Shown here in pieces: positions 19,829 to 30,037 of a stretch of 64,000 bases of DNA. Numbering within the stretch: the stretch's first letter is position 1; every line of letters starts with the position of its first letter. The DNA comes from Luteitalea sp. (GTDB taxonomy: Bacteria; Acidobacteriota; Vicinamibacteria; Vicinamibacterales; Vicinamibacteraceae): positions 10,321-74,320 of the forward strand of contig NZ_JBIINP010000001.1 of assembly GCF_044337415.1 (NCBI RefSeq). Reading direction: 5' to 3'. The translations under genes were made by a program, and so were the position numbers. The notes beneath the pieces were generated by a model, which was given only the letters and a program-made list of their open reading frames with translations, made no database searches and was not told the DNA's origin.

Positions 19829-21562
19829 ATGATCCGGTTCCTCAGCATCCGTCACCTTGCGGTCATCGAGGCCCTCGACCTGTCGCTCGCCGACGGCCTC
19901 ACCGTCCTCACGGGCGAGACCGGCGCCGGCAAGTCCGTCCTCGTCGAGGGCATCGGCCTCCTCCTGGGGGGGCGCGCCTCCGCCGACATGGTCCGCACCG
20001 GCGCGACCGCCGCGTCCGTCCAGGCCATCGTGACCACCCCCGAGGGCGCCGACGTGATCGTCCGGCGAGAGATTTCCGCCGAGGGCCGCTCACGGGCGTT
20101 CATCGACGATGTCCTCGTGACCGCGGGAACGCTGCGGGAGCGGGTCTCGGCGTGGGTCGACCTCCACGGTCAGCACGAGCACCAGACGCTCCAACTCCCC
20201 GACACGCACCTGGACCTGCTCGACCGCGTCGCAGGACTCGGCGACCGGCGCGCCGAGGTGGCTCGCGCTCATAGCGTGTGGGTGGCTGCTCGCGAGGCGC
20301 TTGCGGCGACGCAGATGGACGCGAGGGAGCGCGCTGCCCGCATCGACCTCCTGTCGTTCCAGTTGGGCGAGATCGACAAGGTACAGCCGCTCGAGGACGA
20401 GGACGAGCAGCTCGTCGCTTCACGACAGGTGCTGGCCAACGCCGACCGCCTGCAGCGACTCGGGCAGGAGGCCTACGACGCGCTCTATGAAGGAGAGCAC
20501 TCCGCGCTTCAGAGTCTGGCCATCGTCTGGAAGCGCGTCGACGAGCTGGCCCAGCTCGATCCAGCCGCCCACGGCTATGCGGCGCAGCGGGACGGACTCA
20601 AGGCGCAGCTCGACGACCTGGCCTTCTTCCTTCGGCAGTACGTCTCGGGCATCGACGCGTCGCCCGAGCGTCTGCAAGAGGTGGAGGACCGCCTCGCCGC
20701 GCTCGAGCGCCTGAAGCGCAAATACGGCCCCACGCTCGCCGAGGTCCGGGCACGGCAGCAGGCGCTGACCGAGCAACTTGCTGCGCTGCAGCAGCCGGAG
20801 GGGCAGTTGTCTGCCCTGCAATCGGCCTGTGAGGCTGCCGCAGCTGCCTACCTCGAACGCGCCACTGCGCTCTCCGTCGCGCGCAGAGCGGCGGCTGCGC
20901 CGTTCGCCGCACGCCTGCGTCGGGAACTGGCCGACCTCGCCATGCCTCACGCGGACGTCTCGTTCCGGTTCCAGGCCGCGGCGGGGGAAGGAGAGTGGCT
21001 GGCCTCGGGAATCGACCGGGCCGAGCTGCTGCTGTCGGCCAACCCCGGCGAGTCGCCCCGTCCCCTTGCCCGCGTGGCCTCGGGGGGCGAACTGTCGCGG
21101 GTGATGCTGGCCGTGAAGGTGCTCGACGCACCCGAGGCGCAGGACCGGACCCTGATATTCGACGAGGTCGACGCCGGGATCGGCGGCCGCGTCGCGGACT
21201 CGGTGGGGGCGCGCTTGCGGGCCCTGTCGGGGCGCGCCCAGGTCCTGTGCGTCACGCACCTGGCCCAGGTCGCGGCCCACGCCGACGCCCACATCCACAT
21301 CGCCAAGCGAGTCAGCGGAGGGCGCACGCAGACGTCTGCCAGCCACCTCGACGGCGATGCGCGTGTCGAGGAGATCGCCCGCATGATGGCGGGCGACACC
21401 TCGGCGCCGATGCTCGAGGGCGCTCGCACGCTGCTGCAGTCGAAGGCGGCGGAGGCGAAGGCTGCCACGGGGCGAAAGGCGAAAGGCGAAAGCGAAGCCG
21501 GAGCAAAAGGCGAAAGCGAAAGTGCGGCAGCGGGCCGCAAGGGACGAGCACGTGGCGCGTAA
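19829..21562 (+). CDS. recN: DNA repair protein RecN
   Basis: LTGETGAGKS, HGQHEHQ, ASGGELSRVML, IFDEVDAGIGG, VTHLAQVAA. Confidence 0.96.
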   Translation: MIRFLSIRHLAVIEALDLSLADGLTVLTGETGAGKSVLVEGIGLLLGGRASADMVRTGATAASVQAIVTTPEGADVIVRREISAEGRSRAFIDDVLVTAGTLRERVSAWVDLHGQHEHQTLQLPDTHLDLLDRVAGLGDRRAEVARAHSVWVAAREALAATQMDARERAARIDLLSFQLGEIDKVQPLEDEDEQLVASRQVLANADRLQRLGQEAYDALYEGEHSALQSLAIVWKRVDELAQLDPAAHGYAAQRDGLKAQLDDLAFFLRQYVSGIDASPERLQEVEDRLAALERLKRKYGPTLAEVRARQQALTEQLAALQQPEGQLSALQSACEAAAAAYLERATALSVARRAAAAPFAARLRRELADLAMPHADVSFRFQAAAGEGEWLASGIDRAELLLSANPGESPRPLARVASGGELSRVMLAVKVLDAPEAQDRTLIFDEVDAGIGGRVADSVGARLRALSGRAQVLCVTHLAQVAAHADAHIHIAKRVSGGRTQTSASHLDGDARVEEIARMMAGDTSAPMLEGARTLLQSKAAEAKAATGRKAKGESEAGAKGESESAAAGRKGRARGA

Positions 21563-22889
21563 GTACCTGGTCGAGGCCTACGGGTGTCAGATGAACATGC
21601 ACGACGGCGAGCGGCTCGCCGGTCTGCTCGAATCCGCCGGATTCGAGGCCACGACCGACCCGGCCGACGCTGACGTGATCGTCATCAACACCTGCAGCGT
21701 GCGCGAGCGCGCCGAGGAGAAGCTGTTCACCCGCCTGGGCGAGTTCCGGGAAGCCGCGCAGGCCGTGGGCAACAGTCCCGTGATCGCGGTCACGGGGTGC
21801 GTGGCGCAGCAGGAGGGCGCGGCGCTGCTCAAGCGGTCACGGCTCATCGACGTGGTGGTCGGCACCCAGCGGGTCAAGCAACTGCCGATGCTGGTCACCC
21901 GTGCGCTCGAGGACACCGTCGGTCCGCAGGTCGACATCAATCCGCACGAGGACGTCTCGTTTCCGCTGGGCATCGCCCGACGGGCCGACACCGTCAAGGC
22001 GTACGTCAACATCATCGAAGGCTGCAACGAGTTCTGCGCCTTCTGCGTGGTGCCCTACACCCGGGGCCACGAGCGGATGCGGCCGGCGGCGGAGATTCTC
22101 GCCGAGGTCCGCGAGGCGGCCGACAAGGGCCATCGCGAGGTCCAGCTCCTCGGGCAGATCGTGAACCACTACCAGGCGCCCGACGATGCCGAATGCGACT
22201 TCGCGGGCCTGTTGGAGAAGGTGCACGAGGTGCCTGGTGTGGAGCGCATCCGCTTTGCCAGTCCGCATCCGAGGCACGTGACGCCGCGGCTGCTGGAGGC
22301 CTACCAGGCGCTGCCCAAGGTGTGTCGGCACCTGCACTTGCCGGTCCAGTCCGGCTCGACCCGTGTGCTGGCCGCGATGCGGCGCCGGTATTCGCGCGAG
22401 CGGTACCTCGAAATCATCCAGGACGTGCGGGAGGCGGTTCCGGACATCTGCCTGTCGACCGACATGATCGTGGGGTTCCCCGGCGAGACGGCGGCCGACT
22501 TCGACGACACGCTGAGCCTCACGGAGGCCGTCCGGTATCACAGCATGTTCTCGTTCAAGTACTCGCCTCGTCCGCGCACCCTCGCCATCAAGCGGATGGC
22601 AGACGATGTGGCGGAGGAGGAGAAGACTCGTCGGATCGTCGAACTGCAGGCGCTGCAGCGGCGCATCCAGTCGGACCTGCTCCAGCAATCGGTCGGTCGG
22701 ACCGAGACCGTGCTCGTGGATGCCACGAGCCGCCGGCGGGATCACGAGCTGTCGGGGCGGACCAGTGGGAACACCGTGGTCAATTTCCCGGGCGAGCAGT
22801 CCTGGCTGGGCAAGCTGGCGCAGGTGCGGATCACCGCCGCCGGGCCCAACAGCGTTCGTGGCGAGGTCGTGCAGGTGGAGGGCTCATGA
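21552..22889 (+). CDS. miaB: tRNA-2-methylthio-N6-dimethylallyladenosine synthase
   Basis: YGCQMN, NTCSVRE, TGCVAQ, radical-SAM GCNEFCAFC, HLPVQSGS, C-terminal TRAM domain. GTG start overlaps the recN end. Confidence 0.93.
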   Translation: MARKYLVEAYGCQMNMHDGERLAGLLESAGFEATTDPADADVIVINTCSVRERAEEKLFTRLGEFREAAQAVGNSPVIAVTGCVAQQEGAALLKRSRLIDVVVGTQRVKQLPMLVTRALEDTVGPQVDINPHEDVSFPLGIARRADTVKAYVNIIEGCNEFCAFCVVPYTRGHERMRPAAEILAEVREAADKGHREVQLLGQIVNHYQAPDDAECDFAGLLEKVHEVPGVERIRFASPHPRHVTPRLLEAYQALPKVCRHLHLPVQSGSTRVLAAMRRRYSRERYLEIIQDVREAVPDICLSTDMIVGFPGETAADFDDTLSLTEAVRYHSMFSFKYSPRPRTLAIKRMADDVAEEEKTRRIVELQALQRRIQSDLLQQSVGRTETVLVDATSRRRDHELSGRTSGNTVVNFPGEQSWLGKLAQVRITAAGPNSVRGEVVQVEGS

Positions 22890-23368
22890 GCGTTCGGATG
22901 CTGATCAAGGGACTGATGATGGATCCGGTGACGAACATGCCCATCCTGGTCCTGCGCGACGAAGCCGGGGATCGGACGTTGCCGATCTGGATTGGCATGT
23001 TCGAGGCGCATGCGGTGGCGTTGCAACTGGAGAACAGCACCTCAGCCCGCCCGATGACGCACGACCTCCTCAAGCAGGTGATCGAGGCGCTGGGCGGCCG
23101 CGTGACGGCCGTGCACGTGACCGACGTGCGCGATGGGACGTTCTTCGCTCTGGTCTCACTCGATGTAGCGGGGGAGACGGTGGCGATCGACGCGCGCCCC
23201 TCGGACGCGCTGGCGCTGGCCCTGCGGACGCGCGCTCCGGTGTACGTGGCCGAGCACGTCCTCTCCGATGCGCGCCCGCTCGACACCCCGACTCCCCAGG
23301 ACACCGAGCGTCTGCAGCACTGGCTGGAGAGCCTCGATCCCGAGGACATGGGCAAGTACAAGATGTGA
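22886..23368 (+). CDS. Bifunctional nuclease (DUF151) family protein
   Basis: LPIWIG.FEA, RPMTHDLL, IDARPSDALALA. Confidence 0.9.
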   Translation: MSVRMLIKGLMMDPVTNMPILVLRDEAGDRTLPIWIGMFEAHAVALQLENSTSARPMTHDLLKQVIEALGGRVTAVHVTDVRDGTFFALVSLDVAGETVAIDARPSDALALALRTRAPVYVAEHVLSDARPLDTPTPQDTERLQHWLESLDPEDMGKYKM

Positions 23369-23435
23369 ATCGGCGGGACTCCCGTAGAATGCGCGGGGCC
23401 CCTGTGTCCGACTACCGCCTGCCGACTTCGAAACG

Positions 23436-24194
23436 ATGATCCTGGCCATTGCCAACCAGAAGGGCGGCGTGGGGAAGACCACGACCGCAATCAACATTGC
23501 CGCTGCCCTGGCGCTGCGCGGCAAGCCGACGCTGCTTGTCGACCTGGATCCCCAGGCCAACAGCACCATGTCGTTCCTCGACATGGCCGCGGTCGGCCCC
23601 AACATGTTCGAAGCGCTGACGGGGGAGGGCGGAGCCACGTTGCCGTCGGTCATCAGGCCGACGAACCAACCGCACCTCAGCATCGCGCCTGCCCGTATCG
23701 CCCTGGCCAAGCTGGAAGCGAAGCTCGTCGGCGAACTCGACGCGCACTTCCGCCTCAAGGAGAAGCTCGCGCCGCTCGAGGCCGAGTATCCCTACATCGT
23801 GATTGACTGCCCGCCGACCCTGGGCTTGCTGACGGTGAACGCGCTCGTGGCGGCGTCGCACCTGGTGGTTCCGATTCAGTCCTCGTATTTCGCGCTCGAG
23901 GGCACGGACGACCTGCTGGAGACCGTGAGCAAGGTGCAGGTCCGGGCCAATCCCTCCCTCCAGGTGCTCGGCGTGCTCATCACCATGCACGACAAGCGCA
24001 CGAGCCTGGCCAGGGACATTCGCGACCAGATTCAGAATGTGTTTGGCCAGAAGGTGTTCAAGACCGTGATCACGAAGAGCGTCCGACTCGAGGAGAGCCC
24101 GGCGTACAAGGAAGCGATCTTCAGCTTCGCCCCGGAGTCATCGGGGGCATCCGAGTACTACAGCGTCAGCGAGGAGGTTCTCAGCCGTGTCTAA
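23436..24194 (+). CDS. parA: ParA/Soj-family ATPase
   Basis: ANQKGGVGKTT deviant Walker A, DLDPQAN, IDCPPTLG, SVRLEESP. Confidence 0.92.
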   Translation: MILAIANQKGGVGKTTTAINIAAALALRGKPTLLVDLDPQANSTMSFLDMAAVGPNMFEALTGEGGATLPSVIRPTNQPHLSIAPARIALAKLEAKLVGELDAHFRLKEKLAPLEAEYPYIVIDCPPTLGLLTVNALVAASHLVVPIQSSYFALEGTDDLLETVSKVQVRANPSLQVLGVLITMHDKRTSLARDIRDQIQNVFGQKVFKTVITKSVRLEESPAYKEAIFSFAPESSGASEYYSVSEEVLSRV

Positions 24195-25092
24195 GCGTGG
24201 ATTGCCGGAATCGGTGCGCATGCGGCACGACGCGCATTACGTCGAAACGCTGACGTCCTCTGCGGGCGCGCCAGTCGGGCGCATGATCCCGATCGAACAG
24301 ATCGACCCGAATCCTCATCAGCCTCGGCAGGTGATGGGCGATCTCACCGAGCTCATTGCGTCCGTGAAGGAGCAGGGGCTGATCGAGCCCATCGTGGTCC
24401 GCCAGCGCGGCTCGCGATTCCAGATCGTGGCGGGTGAGCGCCGTTACCAGGCTGCCGTCAGGGCCGGCATCGAAGAACTCCCCGTTGTCATCCGGGATGT
24501 AGACGATGTGGGGATCCTCGAGATCGCGCTGGTGGAGAACATCCAGCGCAAGGATCTGACGCCGTTCGAAGAGGCAGAAGCGCTCCACGCCCTTTGCCAG
24601 AAGGCGGGCTACACCCACGAGACCCTGGCGCAGAAGCTCGGCAAGAGCCGCACGGTCATCACCGAGTCGCTCTCGCTGAATCAGATGCCGGAGCACATCA
24701 AGCATCTTTGTCGGCTGGCCGACATTTCCTCCAAGTCGTTGCTTCTACAGGTAGTTAGACAAGGCGATCCGGAGAAGATGGCGGCGCTCGTCGAGCAGAT
24801 GTCCCGCAGCGGCGGCATGACCCGGCAGGAACTGCGCGAGCAGGTGAAGGCCAAGGTGGCCAGGCGCGCTGGACGTGCCAAGCCGTTCACCTACACCTAC
24901 AAGGCCCCGACCAGGCAGTTCGCCTTCCAGCTCAGCTTCAAGAAGGCCGACGTCGAGCCGGATGAGGTCATCGAGACGCTCGAGCAGATCCTTGTCGACC
25001 TGCGGGCGCAACGCTCCGCAGCGGCCGGCCTTGCCGGAGATGATGCCGACGCCGGTGAGCAGGCGGCGCGCCCGGACCTGACGCTGGACTGA
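24187..25092 (+). CDS. parB: ParB/RepB/Spo0J-family protein
   Basis: PNPHQPR, GLIEPIVVR, AGERRYQA (CTPase motif), ALVENIQRKDL, HTH (THETLAQKLGKSR). Confidence 0.9.
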   Translation: MSKRGLPESVRMRHDAHYVETLTSSAGAPVGRMIPIEQIDPNPHQPRQVMGDLTELIASVKEQGLIEPIVVRQRGSRFQIVAGERRYQAAVRAGIEELPVVIRDVDDVGILEIALVENIQRKDLTPFEEAEALHALCQKAGYTHETLAQKLGKSRTVITESLSLNQMPEHIKHLCRLADISSKSLLLQVVRQGDPEKMAALVEQMSRSGGMTRQELREQVKAKVARRAGRAKPFTYTYKAPTRQFAFQLSFKKADVEPDEVIETLEQILVDLRAQRSAAAGLAGDDADAGEQAARPDLTLD

Positions 25093-25216
25093 ATCGGCGC
25101 CTGTGGACGCCCCGAGAAGGGCGCACGCCAAGCCGACGCGTACGTGCCGTGCAAGGGCACACCCGACGCCAAGCTATGGCAATCCGGCCAGGTGAGTTTG
25201 CTGTCTCACAGTCTTC

Positions 25217-25244
25217 AGTTAACATAATGTGTATTATCGGACTC
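25217..25244 (-). other. dif-like Xer recombination site GAGTCCGATAA-TACACA-TTATGTTAACT
   Basis: 11-6-11 architecture. The right arm TTATGTTAACT matches the E. coli XerD arm TTATGTTAAAT at 10/11, and the left arm ends in ATAA like XerC arms. It sits in an AT-rich intergenic patch. Confidence 0.8.
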
Positions 25245-25387
25245 AATGGTCATAGTTAAGAAAGATGCCCTGTTGAAGCCGTGTGTGGAACTCATGCGGG
25301 CGATCGACCTAGCGATATGACGCGGCAACCGACGCCGCTCCGGGTGCCCCACGCCGCCACACCGCATACCATGCTCCTCAATCGTTC

Positions 25388-27349
25388 ATGGGTATCGCCG
25401 CCGACCTCGCCATCGTCATCGTCTCCAGCCTCGCCGGGGGCCTGCTGGCGCAGTACCTGCGACAGCCGCTGATCCTCGGCTACATCCTGGCCGGCGTCCT
25501 GATCGGACCCCACTCGATTGGCCACGCCATCACCAACACCCACGACATCGAGCTCCTCGCGGAGATCGGCGTGGCACTGTTGCTGTTCGCGCTGGGACTC
25601 GAGTTCTCGCTGAAGCAACTGCAACCGGTGCGCGCGATCGCGCTCATCGGCACGCCCATCCAGATGGGCCTCACAATGGCGCTCGGCCTGGCCTTCGGCG
25701 CGTTCCTGGGCTGGGACTGGCGCCCCTCGCTGTGGCTGGGCGCCCTGATCTCGCTCAGCAGCACCATGGTGCTGCTCAAGACCCTGATGGCCCAGGGCCG
25801 GCTCGGGACGCTGTCGAGCCGCGTGATGATCGGCATCCTGATCGCCCAGGACCTCATCGTGGTGCCGCTGATGATCCTGTTGCCCACGTTGTCCAAGCCC
25901 GAGGCGGGTCTGGAGGCACTGGCCGTCGCGGCGTTGAAGGCGGCGGCGTTCCTGGCGCTGATGGTGATCGTCGGCACGCGTCTACTGCCGCGCCTGATGC
26001 AGGTGATCGCGGTGCACCAGTCGCGCGAGCTGTTCCTGCTGGCCATCACGGCCATCGGCCTCGGCGTCGGCTACGGCACCTACCTGTTCGGGCTCTCGTT
26101 CGCGTTCGGCGCGTTCGTGGCCGGACTGGTCCTGAGCGAGTCCGATTACGCCCATCAGGCCCTGTCCGACATCATTCCGCTCCGCGACGTGTTCGGCATG
26201 CTGTTCTTCGCGTCCGTCGGCATGCTGATCGACCCACGCCTGCTCTGGACGATGGCGGGACCGGTGGGCCTGCTGCTGCTGGCCATCCTCGTCGGCAAGT
26301 CCTTGATTCTTGGCGGGTTGTCGTACGCGTTCGGGTATCGCAATGTGGTGCCTCTGGCCGTGGGCCTCGGCCTGTGGCAGGTCGGCGAGTTCTCGTTCGT
26401 CCTGGGCCGCGTCGGCCTGGCCACGGGCGGCCTCGACGCGTGGGGGTTCGCGCTCGTGCTGAACACGGCAGTGCTCAGCATGGTGCTGACGCCTGCGGTG
26501 TCGGGGCTTACCACGCCGATCTACGCCTGGTGGCGGCGACGCGCCGGTTGCGAACCGGTCCAGACCATCAACATGCCGGCCGCGGGGTTGAAGGGCCACG
26601 TGGTGATCGTCGGTGGAGGGCGCGTTGGGCGCTTCACGACCACCTTCCTGCAGCGCCTGCACCTCCCTGCCGTCCTGCTCGAACTCGACTACCGCCGCTT
26701 CGAGCAAGCGCGGGAGGAAGGCCTCGCCGTGGTGTTCGGCGATGCCACCCAGCCGGTGGTCCTCGAGGCAGCGCACGTGGCCGACGCGCGACTCGTCCTC
26801 GTGACCGTGCCTGTCGTGAGCGTCACCGAGGCGATTCTCGATGCCGTTCGTCGCCTCGCGCCGCAGGTGCGCGTGGTCGCCCGAGCCGAGGGTGCCGAGC
26901 AGCTGCGGCAGTTGCAGGCCAAGGGCCTCACCGAGGTCGTCCAGCCGGAACTGGAGGCAGGCCTCGAGATGGTCCGGCAATCGCTCCTGCATCTCGACTA
27001 CGGGGTCACGGAAGTGCACCGGGTCAGCACCCAGCTGCGCCGCGAGATGTATGCCCCGTTGTTCGGCGACGACAGCGACTACCAGACGCTCGTGCAACTG
27101 GGGGCTGCCAGCCAGTTGTTCGACTTTGCTTGGATCCAGGTCGACCCGGAGAGCCCGCTCGCCGGCGAGACGCTCGGCGCACTGGGCATTCGCGCCCGCA
27201 CGGGCGCGACCGTGGTGGGCGTGATGCGCGAGGGGCAGATGCTCACCAGTCCGGGCCCGGACACGGCCCTGGAGCCGCACGACCTGCTGGCCGTGGCCGG
27301 CACGCCTGATCAGCGGCGCGCCCTCGAGGGGCTCGCTCGGGCCGCGTAA
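25388..27349 (+). CDS. CPA2 cation:proton antiporter (KefB/YbaL-like) with RCK_N and RCK_C domains
   Basis: [65 protein letters not shown]-terminal TrkA-C. Confidence 0.92.
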   Translation: MGIAADLAIVIVSSLAGGLLAQYLRQPLILGYILAGVLIGPHSIGHAITNTHDIELLAEIGVALLLFALGLEFSLKQLQPVRAIALIGTPIQMGLTMALGLAFGAFLGWDWRPSLWLGALISLSSTMVLLKTLMAQGRLGTLSSRVMIGILIAQDLIVVPLMILLPTLSKPEAGLEALAVAALKAAAFLALMVIVGTRLLPRLMQVIAVHQSRELFLLAITAIGLGVGYGTYLFGLSFAFGAFVAGLVLSESDYAHQALSDIIPLRDVFGMLFFASVGMLIDPRLLWTMAGPVGLLLLAILVGKSLILGGLSYAFGYRNVVPLAVGLGLWQVGEFSFVLGRVGLATGGLDAWGFALVLNTAVLSMVLTPAVSGLTTPIYAWWRRRAGCEPVQTINMPAAGLKGHVVIVGGGRVGRFTTTFLQRLHLPAVLLELDYRRFEQAREEGLAVVFGDATQPVVLEAAHVADARLVLVTVPVVSVTEAILDAVRRLAPQVRVVARAEGAEQLRQLQAKGLTEVVQPELEAGLEMVRQSLLHLDYGVTEVHRVSTQLRREMYAPLFGDDSDYQTLVQLGAASQLFDFAWIQVDPESPLAGETLGALGIRARTGATVVGVMREGQMLTSPGPDTALEPHDLLAVAGTPDQRRALEGLARAA

Positions 27350-27352
27350 TCC

Positions 27353-27370
27353 GCGGTTGGAACCAACCGC
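27353..27370. repeat. Palindrome GCGGTTGG-AA-CCAACCGC (REP-like or terminator stem)
   Basis: Perfect 8-bp stem 4 nt after the antiporter stop; no U-tract. Confidence 0.45.
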
Positions 27371-27445
27371 AAGTTCTGGAATGATCGTCAGATGAGCGGG
27401 GCGCGTATACGCGCACCCCGGCTCACGCCCACTCGACTCCCCTGC

Positions 27446-29866
27446 ATGCTCCGCACGCTCGATCGCTACATCATCCGCGAGACGCTCGCCCCGTTCGGGT
27501 TGACGCTGCTCATCCTGACGTTCCTGCTCCAGATCCCCACGATCATGGACGTCGCGGAGAAGCTGATCGCCAAGGGCGTCAACCTGCCGACGATCGGCCG
27601 CATCCTGCTGACGCTGCTCCCCTCGTCGCTGGCCCTCACGATTCCCATCAGCCTGCTGGTGGGGTTGCTGATGGCCCTCGGCCGCCTGTCGGCCGACCGC
27701 GAGGCCGTGGCGATGCAGGCCTGCGGCGTCAGCCTGTACCGCATCCTCCGCCCGGTGGGGCTGATGGCCGTCCTGGCGACCGCCGCCACGGCGTACACGA
27801 TGATCGAGGCCATGCCGCGGGCCAACCAGACGTTCCGCGACATCACGTTCCGCATCATCCAGGCGAAGGCGGAGAGCGACGTGCGCCCGCGCGTCTTCTT
27901 CGAGGAGTTTCCCAACCTCGTCCTGTACGTCCGCGATGTGCCGACGAACACGCGCGGGTGGAAGGGCGTGTTCCTGTCCGACACGCGCAATCCGGGCGAA
28001 CCCCAGCTGCTCACTGCCGATCGCGGGCACTTCGTCCTGGATCCTGCGACTCGGCGCGTGGACCTGATTCTGGAAGACGGGATCATGCACCGGTCGAAGG
28101 TCGACACCCCGGCGCAGTACGAGCTCCAGGAATTCGAGTCGCTCACCGTCTCGCTCGACCCCGAGACCGTGTTCCCCCGCCAGGGACTCACGCCGGGGGA
28201 CAACGAGATGACGATCCCACAGTTGCGGACCAAGGCCCGGCAACTGCGGGAACAAGGCATGTCGGCACACAACCCGATCATGGCGATCCAGCGCAAGTAC
28301 ACGATTCCCGTGGCGTGCCTGGTGTTCGGGTTGATCGCCCTCGGTCTCGGCGTGAGCCACCGGAAGGATGGCAAGAACGCCGGCTTCGTCATCGGCATCG
28401 CCGTGGTGCTCGTCTATTACGTGCTCATGTACATGGGCGAGGCGCTGGCCAAGGGCCAGAAGGTGCCGGCGGAGTTGGCGCTGTGGCTCCCGAACGTGCT
28501 GCTCGGCGGTGCCGGACTCGTGCTCCTGGTGATGAAGACGCGCGGCTACGAGTTCGCGCCGAGTCTCCGGATTCCGGTGCCGGCGTTGCTGGCGCGGGTG
28601 CTCGGCCGCGTCGCGGTGCCCGCCATGTCATCGGGCGACGCGTCCGTCGCGGGGCCCGCCACCGAGGCCCAGTCGGTCCCCACGGCGACTGACCCGAAGC
28701 CCGCCCCGGCGAGCCGCAAGGGGCAGGTCGTGGTCGTCATCAAGGTGCCCCAGGGGATCCTGCCCTCCTTCAACATCCTGGATCGCTACCTGAGCCGCAT
28801 CTACCTGCGCGTGTTCGGCGTGACGTTCCTGGGCATGCTGGCGGTGTTCTACATCGCCATCTTCACGGACTACAGCGAGTACCTGTTCAAGGGCAAGACG
28901 ACCGGGCAGACACTGCTGAGTTTCTTCGCCTACTCGACGCCGCAGTACACCTACTACATCACGGCGATGGCGGCTCTCGTCGGCACCCTGGTGACGGTCG
29001 GGTTGCTCACCAGGACGAGCGAGCTGACGGTCATGCAGGCCTGCGGCGTGTCGCTGTATCGCGCGGCCGTCCCGATGCTGCTGTTCGGCCTGATGTGGAG
29101 CGGCGTGCTCTTCGGCATGGAGCAGAGCATCCTGGCGGCGTCCAACCGCCGCGCCGAGGAACTGCGCGACACCATCAGGAGCGGAACGCCGACGCGCAGT
29201 CGCTATGGCCTCGCGTCGCGGCAATGGATGGCCGGGAGTGACGGAGAGCTCTACCACTACGGCCGGTTCGATCCCCGCGCGGCGCGGCTCGAGGAGCTGA
29301 CCGTCTACACGTTCGGCACGCGTGGCTGGAACGTGACGGGGCGGAGTTACGCGCGTGTCTCGACGAACATGGATGGCACGACGTGGCGGTCGGACCTCGG
29401 CTGGACACGGACGTTCGCGGAGAAGAACGTCGTCACCGACTTCGAGGTCTTCCCCACCCGCACGGTGACGCTCGAGACGGCCGACTACTTCGGTGTCGAG
29501 GAACCCGAGGCGGTGCTGGCGGAGCGGCTCAAACTCGGCCAGTTGCGAGACCACATTGCGGAACTCGAGAAGGCGGGCTACAACACCGTGCCGCTCCAGG
29601 TGGCGATGCACCGGAAGATGGCGTTCCCGTTCATCACCGTCATCATGACGCTGATCGCCATCCCCTTCGGTGTCACGACCGGCCGGAAGGGCACGCTCTT
29701 CGGCATCGGGATCGGGATCGTGCTGGCCATCCTCTACTGGACCACCCAGAGCCTGTTCGCCGCCGTGGGCAGCGCCGGCGTCCTCGCGCCGGCGGTCGCC
29801 GCGTGGGCCCCGAACGTCCTGTTCGTGGCAGTCGCCGCCTACCTGGTCGCCTCCGCGCGCACCTGA
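27446..29866 (+). CDS. Fused LptF-LptG LPS export permease
   Basis: Two YjgP/YjgQ repeats, each starting LDRY (MLRTLDRYII; NILDRYLSRI) and containing (A/T)MQACGVSLYR. Each half ends WLPN or WAPN. Confidence 0.9.
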   Translation: MLRTLDRYIIRETLAPFGLTLLILTFLLQIPTIMDVAEKLIAKGVNLPTIGRILLTLLPSSLALTIPISLLVGLLMALGRLSADREAVAMQACGVSLYRILRPVGLMAVLATAATAYTMIEAMPRANQTFRDITFRIIQAKAESDVRPRVFFEEFPNLVLYVRDVPTNTRGWKGVFLSDTRNPGEPQLLTADRGHFVLDPATRRVDLILEDGIMHRSKVDTPAQYELQEFESLTVSLDPETVFPRQGLTPGDNEMTIPQLRTKARQLREQGMSAHNPIMAIQRKYTIPVACLVFGLIALGLGVSHRKDGKNAGFVIGIAVVLVYYVLMYMGEALAKGQKVPAELALWLPNVLLGGAGLVLLVMKTRGYEFAPSLRIPVPALLARVLGRVAVPAMSSGDASVAGPATEAQSVPTATDPKPAPASRKGQVVVVIKVPQGILPSFNILDRYLSRIYLRVFGVTFLGMLAVFYIAIFTDYSEYLFKGKTTGQTLLSFFAYSTPQYTYYITAMAALVGTLVTVGLLTRTSELTVMQACGVSLYRAAVPMLLFGLMWSGVLFGMEQSILAASNRRAEELRDTIRSGTPTRSRYGLASRQWMAGSDGELYHYGRFDPRAARLEELTVYTFGTRGWNVTGRSYARVSTNMDGTTWRSDLGWTRTFAEKNVVTDFEVFPTRTVTLETADYFGVEEPEAVLAERLKLGQLRDHIAELEKAGYNTVPLQVAMHRKMAFPFITVIMTLIAIPFGVTTGRKGTLFGIGIGIVLAILYWTTQSLFAAVGSAGVLAPAVAAWAPNVLFVAVAAYLVASART

Positions 29867-29907
29867 CCAGGCGTCCCCCTGGCCTGGTCGTGCGCCTGCG
29901 GCTCTTC

Positions 29908-30009
29908 GCCCCTTTACCCCTTTACGCCTTCACTCCTTCGCCCTTCCGCATGACTCATGAGGCATGACTCATGAGGCATGAGACACGACCGTTGTCGGCC
30001 GGCCGACAA
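29908..30009. repeat. Short tandem repeat cluster and perfect palindrome in the convergent lptFG/xerD gap
   Basis: CCCTTTAC-like octamers, heptamers CATGACT/CATGAGG x5 (29949-29983), and the 18-bp palindrome TTGTCGGCCGGCCGACAA (29992-30009). Confidence 0.7.
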
Positions 30010-30037
30010 ACGCGCCAAGTCGCTGTGGCTGATTGGC

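Noticed and set aside
23362-23390. Sigma70 promoter for parA (TAGAAT at 23385-23390)
   Set aside because: The -10 is good but there is no credible -35; too weak to list as a feature.
23369-25387. parS site near parAB
   Set aside because: No TGTTTCACGTGAAACA-like palindrome was recognised by eye; a computational scan is still needed.
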